The notes below the pieces were generated by a model. That model had not been told where the DNA came from. It saw only the letters and a program-made list of their open reading frames with translations, and did no database searches. Positions 24,238 to 35,162 of a stretch of 64,000 nt of DNA are shown here, piece by piece. The translations under genes and the position numbers were made by a program. Each line of letters opens with the position of its first letter. The first letter of the stretch is position 1. Origin of the DNA: Lama glama (lineage: Eukaryota); the NCBI GenBank assembly GCA_028534125.1, contig CM052850.1, positions 26,226,001 to 26,290,000 of the forward strand, read 5' to 3'.

Positions 24238-26464
24238 TTTACCACGTGTGAGTCTTCCCTCCCAGCTGGCCCGCAGCCCCGTGGGCAGGGCTCCTCCCGG
24301 ATGGCACCCCCGCCCTTGAAAATCAGAAGCCCAGCTGCAGGGCCCGGGCCCAGGAGGCGGGTAGCTTGCGCCTCACGAACAAGGGAATCTGCACGGAATG
24401 AGGAGGGCCTTGTAAGGCCATAGGATCCGAGACGGACACAGCAGACACCACGTGCCAGTGGAGAAGTGGCTTCGTGCTCAGCCCTTGGCGTCTGGGCCCT
24501 GGCCTGCATGGCCGTGATCTGGGCTGGCTCCCCAGCCGGCCTGGGTCTCAGGTTCCCTATGGTCAGCTTGGGTTTCAGGCCTGCGAGAAGAAGCCATCTG
24601 CACTCTGCAGGAAGAGCCCCGGCGGGGCGGGCCTGCTACTGCTGGCCGACTCATGGCCTGGGCCACGGGCGTCTTCCTGCCCGGCTGCCCCAGGCACCTG
24701 GTCGGCCCCTTCTCCCCGGCCTCATCCCAAACAGTCGCCGTAGGGTCGCCGTCTGCAGGGTCCTGGTTGGAGCTCCAAGTCCAAGGCCGTATCCGCAGCC
24801 TTATCTCGGTTCCTGGGAACTTCCCCCCGGGCTGGCCACGAAGGTGGCCCCAGAGATACCAGGCGTGGGGGCGGGTGCCTTCCTGCCCGTGACATGATTC
24901 AGTCACAAAAGCAGTTGCTGGTGGGAAAATCAGCCCCTCGCCAGCCAGCTGGCCCCACCCAGCGCTGCTGGGCCTCCCTCCAAAGTTATCTCCCCCTGCC
25001 CAGCCCTGCTGGCCGCCTGCTGTCACCGCCAGGATGGACGGGAACGGCAGTGTCCCGCACTTTGCAAGGTGCTTATAACACATCGCAGCCAAATCCAAGG
25101 TGCAGGAGGCTCCTTGCCCGGGGCACCTGGAGCGTCCCCAGCCAGCCTCCCAGGTACTCGCCCAAGCAAGTCCCTGTCCCCTCCCCTCTGCCCACCGGGG
25201 ACAATCCCCACACCCCGCTTTGCCTCAGGGCGCTGTTTTGCTCACACACCTGCACTCTCTGTGGGTTCATATCAGCCCCCAAGTGTAACCGAATCCAAAA
25301 ATATTAAACTGGGGCCCATCTGTTGGCCAACTGATGAGCGCAGATGTGCTCTGTATTTCAGAGGCGACTGGCAGCCCGTCAAGGCTGTTAGAAGTGGCAC
25401 CTGCTGCCTGCTTCCCCCCTTCCGTCGCCCCTCCCAGGCCCAGGAGCCTGCTGGCCAAAACCACCCCCTCCTCCCGAAGGTGCTGGCTCCCCCTCAATCA
25501 GGACGAGCATCCTGGGCCAGGGCCCGCAAAGAGCCTCACCCACGAGCTGGGAGTGGGAACCCCTGGGCCTAGCCAGGCCCCTCTGCCCTGAGCCCCCCCT
25601 GCGAGCCCTCCACCGGGTTACGGCAGGGAAGGGGCCAGGGGCTGCTCTGAAAGCAGGTGGAGGCATCCGGGTGCCAGGCGGGCCAGCTCGGGGCACTTGC
25701 CCCTGCGGTGCCCTCTGCCCAGAGCCCTCCCCAGGGGCCAGGAGCCCCCTCCCACACCTCCTGCGCATCTTTGCTCAGACGCAGTTGGGATGAGACAAAC
25801 GTGACTGTTTCTTCCTTTCCTTGAGACTCATACCTGGAGCTGTCTACCTCATGTTACCGACATCTTTACTGGTCCTATTTCAAGAGGAGAAGAGAAAGGG
25901 AAGAGGCAGATGGCTCCTCCTCGGGACAGTGGCATAAGCGGGGGACCAGCCTGGAGGCTGTGACCCGGGAGTCTGAGGATGGGCAGGACCAGAGGGGCAG
26001 AGGAGGGCTGGAGAAGGGGCTGGAGGAAGAAGCCACAGGACTGGCCTGGAGAGGAAGCTAAGGCCGGGAGCTGTAGGTGGCCCCGCTCCCCTGTGGTCCC
26101 CACCTGCTCAGCTCCAGGGACTGCTGGGTGAGAGGTCTGCGTTCATGTGACCAAGCCCCGTGTGGCTGCCTGTGCCTGTGCCCTCACCCACAGCCCTCTC
26201 CTGGCTCGTGGCACTGGGTCCCCCGTCGTCGGGCCCTCGCTGTCTCTCCCTGACGCCGGGGGAGCTTTCGGCAGTGCGCAGCCTGGGCTGCTGTCTTTCC
26301 TGCACTCTGTCCCGGCCGTGCGGGCTCCCCCACTACCACATACGCATGTCTCGGTGCCCCAGGAGTCTCCTGGTGATTCTGGGGGAGCACGTGCTGAGTC
26401 CTAAGGGTGGGCTTCCCAGCTCGAACATTGCCCGTTTCACTCTATTTCACTCAAAAACGCTGGT

Positions 26465-26750
26465 CATAAAACCTGCTGAGTGACAGAAGCCAGACACAAA
26501 GGCCATGTGGCGTGTGACACCACCTGCACAAAGTCCCGAGGAGGCAGATCCTCAGACAGACAGTGGACTCGTGGTTGCCGGTGGGGGAGGAGTAGGGAGG
26601 GGGCTCCAGTGGGGGACAAGGGGTGGGGGAGTTCTGGTGGGGGGGCTGCCAGCATGTAAGGGGCTTCCTTTTGGGCTGATGAAAATATCCCAGAACTGGA
26701 CTGAGCTGCTCCCCTTGTGAAGATGTTGAAACACTTGTGAGCCACTGCCG
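26465..26750 (+). mobile_element. L1MB-like 3' end fragment
   Basis: tgctgagtgacagaagccagacacaaaggcca...gtggttgccggtgggg...ggcttccttttgggctgatgaaaatatcccagaact. Confidence 0.8.
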
Positions 26751-26914
26751 CACCAGCACCCTTGGGGTCCCCAGGGACCCTCCACCCTACCCCTCCCTCC
26801 AAGACCCCCCCAACCATTCAGCAACTAAAGGTGTGGGGCCAGGTCCAGGGGGCCTCTAGGAACCTGCTCTGGCCCCGCACTGACAGCGAAGCCCGCTCCA
26901 ATGACATGCGTATG

Positions 26915-27300
26915 AGTGTCTGGGTGCGGATGTAACACGTCCCCAGAAAGTCACTCTCCCGCAGTCCTGAAGGCCGGAAGCCCGAGGCCGAGGTGCCGGC
27001 CGGGCTGGCTCCTTCTGAGACCGAGGGGGTCTTGTCCCGGCCTCTCCCAGCTCCTGCTGGTTCGCTGGCAGCTCTGATGGTCTGTGTCTCGTAGAAGCAT
27101 CACCCCCATCTCTGCCCCGTCATGTGGGCAAATTTCCCCTTTCTGTAAGGACACTGGTCGTGCTGGGTGAGACCCACCTGCATAATCTCATCTGCCTAAC
27201 TACAGCCACAAAGACCGTCTCCAAATAAGGCCGGCTTCAGAGGAATTGGGGTTGGGACTTCACAATGAATTTGAACAAGACTCAGTTCAGCCCAGAATGG
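26915..27300 (-). mobile_element. MLT1 (C/D-like) LTR
   Basis: cagtcctgaaggccggaagcccgaggccgaggtgccggccgggctggctccttctgag...tgtaaggacactggtcg...tccaaataaggcc...gttgggacttcacaatgaattt...gttcagcccagaa. Confidence 0.8.
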
Positions 27301-28149
27301 CTGAAGTCCCTGGCTTCGCAGAGGGCCAGCGTGTGTGGGGATGTGGCAGGATGGTGACAGGGGCTCGCGGCTCGGACTCTTGGAGCTGGGGCCGCAGAAG
27401 CATCTGGCTGTGGGCGCCCAGAGGCCCCTGCTCCCTGGCGCTGCTCGGCTGGCACCTGCCATGCAGAGTCCTCACTCGCCTCACTCGTGGGGCCCGGACA
27501 GGCCCTGGAGGAGCCACTCGCACGCCGTGGGGCCAGTCACATGGGCTCTGGGCGGAGTCACAGCAGCGCTGATTGAGCACGCCCCCCAGGGAGGTCACTG
27601 GTCTGGGCCGCCGGGAGCCCCCCGCCCCGAGTGGCAGCCCCCCGGCCCGGCGCCCGCTTCTGTGGGACCCCAGCCTCAGGCCGATGCAAGTCCGCCTCCT
27701 GCGTGGGCTCGGGAGGGGCCAGCTGGGCAGCTTCCTGGGGGACCCGCCCAGGGCCACGGGGGGATGAACTTTCCGTTACTGAGCTGCCTGCACTCAAATT
27801 AAGGGTGACTTCCAAGGCCTCTTGGGGCCGAGCAGCAGCTGCAGCCTGGGACGGGCCAGGGCCTGAGAGGGGTCAGCCGGTCTCCCCGACTCACCTGGGC
27901 CGCCCGGAGCTTCCCGGGTGCTCACGTGAGAGGTGGGCAGGCCCCGCGGGTGGCCCGCCTGCGGTTTACACCGTTCTGATCGTGAGGCTGGGAGGGCAGG
28001 CGGCCCTCTGAGGGCTTCAGACCTTGCCCACAGGCCGGAGGGGGCTGACCTCTGCGCGAACAGGTGCCCCTCACGTCTGTCTCCCTCGACTGTCTGTCTC
28101 TCCGCCCCACACCGATCTTGGCTGGGTCCTTCTCCCTCAGCCGACTGTC

Positions 28150-28880
28150 CCTTAGGACTGGGACTGGAACACAAACGTCCCCTCAAACTCATCCTTCCCC
28201 CGTGTTTGTGCATCTGTAGGGCCCGTGGGCAGAAGGCCACTGTCCTGCCCGCTCCACAGAAAACAATGGCAAGCCAGGCGAAAGGTCAAGGAATACGCAT
28301 CCCCAGGAGACCGAGCAGGCGTCGCTCCCAGCCGAGACGTGCCGCAGGCGCCGAGTCTCCTGCGCGGGGAGTTTAAAGTGCCTGTGATTACTCCGTGAGG
28401 GCTGTGATGGGGAAGTGGACACTGTGAAGGTCGGGGGGTGGTGAGAAGAGAGGCACAAATGCCAAGAAAGAGGAAAAAAGACATTCGAGAAACCAGCGTG
28501 CGATGGAAGAGAAAACGCCGCCAGGGGCTCGTTCGGGCCGAGGCGAGGCAGCGAGCCCGAAGGAAAACAGGAATGGGAAACTCCTAAACTGAAACAGAAA
28601 GAGGAAAAAGCGAACGACCAGCCCAGAACACCCAGAGCATCGCAAGGTGTGGAACACATGTAACCGAAACATCAGAAGGAAGCGCAAGGAAGGACAGAGC
28701 AGAAGAAATGTTTGAAGTAATCGTGGCCAAGAACCTTCCAAACTTAGTGACGGACACCAAGCCAGAGGCCCTGGAAGCTCAGACAGCGGGCAGGACGAAG
28801 GCAACACAGCCAGACCCCACGTCGGGCCCATCACATCCAAACTCAAGACAACCAGAGACACAGGGAAACGCTGGGAGGGG
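28150..28880 (+). mobile_element. Ancient L1 5'/ORF1 remnant
   Basis: Translates to EEMFEVIVAKNLPNLVTDTKPEALEAQ, matching the L1 ORF1p motif (EKIFEEIMAENFPNL.KD....QEAQ); A-rich plus strand; frameshifted. Confidence 0.8.
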
Positions 28881-31089
28881 CTTCTGCCAGCCGACCCCTC
28901 GGCTCGTCTGCCAGCCCCTCGTCAGCAGGCTGGGCGCCTCCCGGGGTGGGCGGCCCTGGTCACTGGTCTGAGCCAGCAGGGGATGGAGACGGGGGCAGCG
29001 GGGGCCGTCGCCACTACCACCTGCAGGGCCAGTGGGCCTGGGGAATCTGGGTGGTCGAGGGCCTCACTGCGTCCACCCAGGACCCTCCTCCGTGCGGGAG
29101 GCACCTCCCGTGCCCCTGCTGCCCTCTGGCCCTGCCCCCCAGCTGTGGTCTCTCCTTGGGGGTTGCCACCCTCCATGCCCGGAAGGGTCTTCCTGAGCCT
29201 CGGTCTCCCCTCCTGGTCTTCGTGATGGAGACTCACTAACTCGACAGACGCTCGCCAAGCACCTGCTGTGTGTCAGTACCGCTCTGGGCCCCGGGGACAC
29301 TGCACGAAGTGAAACCTGCACTGTGCCAGCTGGTGACAAGTCACAGAGGAGACACAGGCAAGTATGGGCTGGGGTGCAGGGGGCGCCTGCGGGGACTCCC
29401 TGGGGAGCAGGCCTGGGAGCAGACTGGAAGGGAGAGAGGGAGGCAGAGGGCACAGCCGGTGGGGGCCGGGGCCGGGGTGGCCTTGGTGCTCTAGGCCAGG
29501 GCGGAGTGGAAGGGGCCTGGGAGGCGAGGTCAGAGGTCACTTGGGGTCCGGGTCTTGCCAGGGTGAGGCTGTCGTCAGGGTGAAGGCAGGGACTGGACCG
29601 GGTGGTGCCAGGGAGGGGAGAGAGGCTGACTCCGGAGCTGACAGGTGGGAGGGACTGGGGACTGGGGTGGCCCGAGGTGTGTGGGAGGGGGCTGCTGGGA
29701 GGAGGAGGGGCCATGGGGCAGGAGCGGGAGTCACACTGTGGGGTGGGTGGGAGACACGGGCCTGCAGCCCAGACCCCACAAGCCCTGCACCCCAAATGCG
29801 GGAGTGGCCAGAGGGGAGAGGGAGTGGACACAGATGAGATGAGGAGACCCCAGGGCTGAGTCCTGGACCTTCTGCAGTGGTGAGGGGCCCAGAGGGGCAC
29901 AGTGTCCTGGAGTTCAGAGAGAAAGGAAGGCGCCAAGGCGGGGTGGGGGCCAGAGAGAGGGGTCCTAGGGGGAGAAGGGGCAGCTGGCCTGGCAGCCCAC
30001 CCTCTCCCGCCTGCTAGCCTGTCGGGCGGGGGGCCCTGGCCCAGCCTCCCCAGGGGGGGGCTCCCCGAGCCCCAGCCCACCCCACAGCTCTGAAGCCTTG
30101 CTTGCATCCTGGCTGGGAAGACTTGGCTCTGAAAATAGGTGCCACCTGGAAACGGAGACAGATGGGAAGTGCTGGCCCCGGCCGTCAGCATCCGGGCTCA
30201 CAGCTGGCTGGCCTGGCAGCGCCCTCGGCTGACAGTGGGCTGGGCAGGCGGGGCAGGATCCCACGGGGCCCGGAGCATCCCTGGCAGACCAGGAGGCTGG
30301 CGACATGATGCACCGGCCCCCCGGTGGCCCCAGCCTCACCTGTACTGCCCACACCCCAGACACCTGCCATGCAGTGTGACTTGACTTGACGCCAGCCTTC
30401 TGCTCGCTGCACACTTTTGGGCAGGTCCTGTGGCCAGTCTGTCCTTCCCGCTCCTCCTCAGGCAGCGCCCACCCCACGGTCCAGGCAGTGATCTCAGGAG
30501 TGAATATCCGCTGAGTGCCCTGCGCAGAGGGACCCCAGCAGGTGCTGTGAGGACCGCTGTTCCCGACCCACGGGTCCTTCATCTCCTCGGCTCTGCCCAG
30601 GGCCCCTCCCAGGCCCACTGGCCTCCCAGCCCAGCTCAGAGCCCTGGGGGGCCTCCCTGGGTGGGGGTGGTGAGTCTCCCATGACTCGTTCCTGGACAGG
30701 ATTATACCTCAGCCCTGCCTGGACCCCAAAGACCTCTGCCCCCTGGAAACGGGGTACACCCTGCCCTGGCGGTGTCTGGTGTGGCCAGTGCAATGTGGGG
30801 GGACAGACGTTTGCCACGGCCAAGCAGCAGCTTCCGGAGTCCCCAGAGTCTCCCACCAGCCCCCTCTCACCTCTTCATCTGAGCCCAGACTGTCTGAGAC
30901 CTGTGGGGCCGATTCTGGACCAGTGAGAGCACCACGGCCAGCCTGTCACTGCCAGCTGGTAACAAGAGAGAGATGTGAACGTGTGAGGCCGGAGCTACGA
31001 AGCCGGGGACTGTCCCTGCAGCAGAGCTGACCAGTGCCCGGAGCAGAGCGAGCTGCCCCAGGCTGCAATGACACTTGTTGAAGCAGACT

Positions 31090-31745
31090 TCATCTTGGTG
31101 AAGTATATATACAACAGAATGCGCACATTTTAAGCCAGTTGCTCTGTGGGAACCAGCAGGTAACCCATTTCTCCAGCCAGGATACAGAGCTTTTCCATCA
31201 CTTTGTCCCTCCTTGCAGTAGCTCCCCCCGCCCCAGTTCAATTGCCGACCTCGCCCTCGTTCTGTGCTGTAAGGATTCTGGAGCGCCATGTGGGCAGAGC
31301 ATGGGGTGCGCACCTGGCTCTAGGAGGTGGGCCTTCCCCCTTCACGTCCCCGCCAGCACGGACGGCAGTCCCAGCCGCTCCACTTCCTCACCGGTGTCTG
31401 ATGTTGTCAGTGTTTCTGTGATCTGTTTTTAAAAACGTTGGTCTTTCTAGTGGGTGTGCAGCGAGGGCCTGCGGGGCCCACGGGGCGCTTTCTCTGGCGA
31501 CCAGGTCTGGCGAGCGTCTTTTCACGTGTCTGCTGGCCGATCCTACGCCTTCTTTCACTGACGCGGCTGAGCTTCGGGCCGCACTTTGCCGGGCTGCTTG
31601 CGCATTCACTCCTAAGCTGTAAGAGTGCTTTGTGAGCACCAGTGCGCGTTCCGTGCCAGTGCATGCCACGCGGTTTCTCTGTGGCTTCCCTTTTCGTCAT
31701 CCTAGTGGGGTTCTGATGAGTACACGGCTTTAACTTTGATGGAGC
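31090..31745 (-). mobile_element. L1M (L1ME-like) 3'UTR/ORF2-end fragment, strongly GC-shifted
   Basis: ctccacttcctcacc...gttgtcagtgttt...ttctagtgggtgtgcagcg...gagcgtcttttcacgtgtctgctggcc...gctgtaagagtgctttgt...tttaactttgatggagcc follows the antisense L1 ORF2 3' order. Confidence 0.75.
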
Positions 31746-32629
31746 CTCAAGGCCAGTGACTTGGAGGAGCCGGCCGCTCTCCAGGAGCCACGTCCTTCCC
31801 TCCGTCTGTACATCTGAGTGCCCAGCTCTGCTTTCCAGATGCAACCACCGAGGCCCCTGGAGGGTGGCCCTGGCAGTGCCCAGGCTCCGGGTCCGGTGCG
31901 CCTGGACGGGGGCGTGCCTGGCAGGGCGGCCCGGGACCGTGCGGCTCCTCGCCCCAGACCCTCTGTGTTCCCGGCGGCACAGCAGTGTGTCACCCATGAC
32001 CTTTCTCTTCTCGGTGATGGAGGGCACACAGCTCCACGTCAGTTCCCACCCTGCTGTTCTTCAGTGTGAATTCCGGGAAATTCTGATTCCTGCTTTTGGA
32101 ACGACCATAGCCATTTCCAACCCAAACCCTCCTGGGGTGGCCTGTGGTTCTCACACTGTGAAGAAGACGGCAGGGTGTCTGGGCCCGTGCCCGCGTGCCC
32201 CTGCGGACATGGAGCCCCGCGGAGTCCCTGGTCACTATGGGACAGCCGCTAGATCACACGGGGCAGCTGCCCCCCCAGGGCGTGCAGGGCTGAGCAGTGG
32301 GCATCTCCTGAAGCCGCTACCCTGATGCCTCCAGGAGGAGCTGGGCCCTGGGAGGCTGCCCTCCTACCCCAGGGGCTGGGAAGCCTGGTGCCCGTGGGGC
32401 TGGGGGCAGCCTCTGGGCTCCCTGAGCTCAGCACCTGTGTGCGCGGGACCCAGCTCCGCGGTCCTGAGCGCTCAGGCCCGGCTGCCCCCTTGGCTCAGCG
32501 CTCGTGCAGCAAACCCTTCCCTATAGGAGCAGGCGCCAGGCTCATCTGCTGAGGACTTGGCGAGAATCTGGACGCTGCCATCCAGCCTGGGGGGCTCTCA
32601 GCCAGGGGGGCACCGCGCCTGTCTCGGGG

Positions 32630-32985
32630 AGGGGTTCAGGACAGCAGACGTCTACTCCCGCCCAGTCTGGAAGCCAGAGTCTGACGCCCAGGCGTGGGCA
32701 GGACCCCCTCCCTCCGGGGGCTCTGGGGAGGGTCCTTCCTGCCTATTCCAGCTCCTGGGACTTCAGGTGTCCCTGCATCTCTGGCTCTGTCCTCATGGGG
32801 CCCCTCCCTGTGGGGCTGGGTCTCTCTCATGAAGACTTCAGGCAGTGGACGTGGGCCCACCCAGCCCGGGGTGGTCTCACCCCCAGAGCCCTGACTTCAC
32901 CACCGCTGTGCCCTTTGCCACACGGGCCACATTGACGGGTTAGGGGGTGGGCGTGGGACTTTGGGAGACTATTCCACCCCCGACA
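32630..32985 (-). mobile_element. MLT1 LTR, inverted relative to the 12.25-kb copy
   Basis: cagtctggaagccagagtctgacgcccaggcgtgggcaggaccccctccctccgggggctctggggagggtccttcctgcct...gggcccacccagccc...gactattccaccc. Confidence 0.8.
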
Positions 32986-33719
32986 GGGGCACTGACGGGA
33001 CTGAACCAGGGACCCAGAGGGGCTCGGCCACTCTGCCCTCCCAGGCCAGGCCTTTGATGAGCTGCTTCACCGCTGTCCTGGTTAATTGTGGTCCCAGGGA
33101 TGTTATGGTCAGCCCGTGTCACGGACGAGGGAAGGGGGTGCAGATACGCCGCGAGTCGGCGTGGCTGAGCCCCTGGACGCCAGCCCTGCCCGGGTGCACA
33201 TGGTCCCTTGGCCACAGCTCCACACTTCCTCTCCCGGTCATGAGCTGCCAGCACGGAGCCAGGTGACTGATAACCTCCCGGAACCTTGGCTTCCTCATCT
33301 GGGGAAGGGAGATAATGGTCTCCCCAGATCAGCGGAGCCAGCGGAGGGGAGGGAGGCTCCAACCGGCTGGTTCCTGGGTTCCTCGGTGCGCCTGGTCCCC
33401 AGCTCCTGCAACGAACGCCCAGGGTCCCCCAGGGGCTGTGGATTAAGGCTCCTTGTAATTCATCCCTCATCGGATGGGGCTGGGAATTCCAGACCTGGGT
33501 GAGGGGTGAGGACTTGGATCTGGAGGGTGCAAGTCACTCAGGAAGGACCCCACAGCAGGAGGAGGGGAAGGGAGAAGGGGGTGCAGGAGATGGAGGGCGG
33601 AGGAGACTGTGGGGTGGGGGGGTCAGGAGCCCCTTACTCTGTTCCTCACTCCTCCTCCCCTTTCTCCCTGCCTGCCAAGGGGCAGGGGCTGCAGAAAGAT
33701 GTAAGCTACCGACAGCCTC

Positions 33720-34050
33720 GCCTCGTTGCAAAGGAAATATTCCCTGCAAGACATTAAAATGAAGTAAATAAAAGAGATAAAATGGAAATATCAAGGCAGC
33801 AACTTCTTCTCCTCTGATCACAAAGCAGGCGACGGAGGGGGGGTGGCGCGGGCCCTGGAAGTCGCAGCTGCACCGCTGGGCCGGCCTGATAAGGGCCAGG
33901 CCGCCTGTGGCCGGGAGATAAGGCCGCGGCGCCGCCTGCCCTCAATCCCGCCAGCATCAGCGCTCACACAGCCGCCGCCGCCGCAGACAGCTCCGTGCCT
34001 GCGGCCCACGGGCCAAACCTTATTAACCCGCTCGCGGGCATTTAGGTGCC
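33720..34050. promoter_or_regulatory. Candidate enhancer with tandem GATA:TAL1-type composite sites
   Basis: CTG-N8-TGATAA at 33876-33892 and CTG-N8-AGATAA at 33905-33921; also AGATAA 33775-33780, GTAAATA 33764-33770, GGAAGT 33857-33862, CAGCTG 33865-33870. AT-rich block followed by a CpG-rich block. Confidence 0.65.
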
Positions 34051-34569
34051 GTGGGAAGTCCTGACACCCATCACGCTGCTTCTCTCGCCCTCCTCAGCCG
34101 ACGTCTCCGCGGCTCCGGGCTCACTTGCAAGTGAGGTTTTCAGCTGCAGGGGAAGGGGGGCCGCGGGGTCCACACATCTGCCGGGGGCGGGGCCCACAGA
34201 GGTCACACCTGTGCACCTGCGGGACAAGGCCAGCGAGCAGCAGCCTGGTCTGCAGGGGGCTGCAGTGATTCCAGATGGGAAGGACTTGACCTGGGCCCGG
34301 GGGGCTCTGCAGAGCTCAGGCCGGGGCAGCCACACCCTCCTGACCCTTTGTGTGTGGAGAGCAGCCATCAGCCCGCTGGCAAGGATGGAGGCTGAACACA
34401 CCCCACACAGACAGAGGACAGTGACGGGCTAGGGGAGTGGGGGCGCGATGAGGGCCACCCAGCCGTTCTGCTCGGACCCTCCCATCTCCTTGGTGAGAAG
34501 CCCGCCCCACAGGCCCCAGCTCCTCTCCTGAACTTGGCACTAGTTTGTTTTTATGCCGAGCTTGCTCTG

Positions 34570-34860
34570 CGCAGGGCCTTTGCACGTGCACCTGCCTCCT
34601 AGGAGCCCTTGTCCCCCAGATGTCCACTGGCTCCTTCTCACCTCCTTTAAGCCTTTGCTCAATGCCCCCCTCCTCAGAGAGGCCCTCCTTGACCACCCCT
34701 TGCCCCCTCAATGGTATCACCCACACACACACACACACACTCATAATGCAGGCACCTCGGGCAAAGGTGTTTCTGTCCACATTGTCCACTGCTACAACCC
34801 CAGAGCTCAGAACAGCACCTGGCACGTGGGAGCTGTCTGGTGATGTTTACTGAGTGAAGG
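34570..34860 (+). mobile_element. L2 LINE 3' end
   Basis: gggcctttgcacgtgc...ggctccttctcacctcctttaagcc...ctcctcagagaggccctccttgaccacc...ccccagagctcagaacagcacctggcacgtggg...tgtttactgagtgaa. Confidence 0.75.
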
Positions 34861-35120
34861 AGGAAGACTGCGGGGGCACCTCGTTTAGGTTCTGGGGGCC
34901 TGGGAGGGGGGTGATGTGGACGAGGAGCAGGTGTGGGACAAATGGAGTGGAGGGACAGGCCCCCCAGGCAGCGGGACTGGCTCGTGCAAAGGCCCTGAGG
35001 TGGAGTCTGGTGTAGCTGGAGTCAGGGGATGGAGACAGAGAGGGAGGAGAGGCAACAGGTGGGCCAGGCAGACAGGGCCTCGGGCCAGGGGAGACTCTGG
35101 GGGATTCTTCTCAAGAGCAG

Positions 35121-35162
35121 GCCCAGCTTTCCCTGGGGACCCAGCTTTCCCTGGGGACCCAG
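35121..35162. repeat. 18-bp tandem duplication
   Basis: CCAGCTTTCCCTGGGGAC occurs twice in tandem. Confidence 0.85.

Noticed and set aside
28708-28971. L1 ORF1-like ORF as a domesticated gene
   Set aside because: Only a short motif is retained; flanks are frameshifted and decayed.
29064-30191. 375-aa Pro/Ser-rich ORF (minus)
   Set aside because: Reverse complement of a G-rich stretch that includes L2/MIR-like remnants; compositional artefact.
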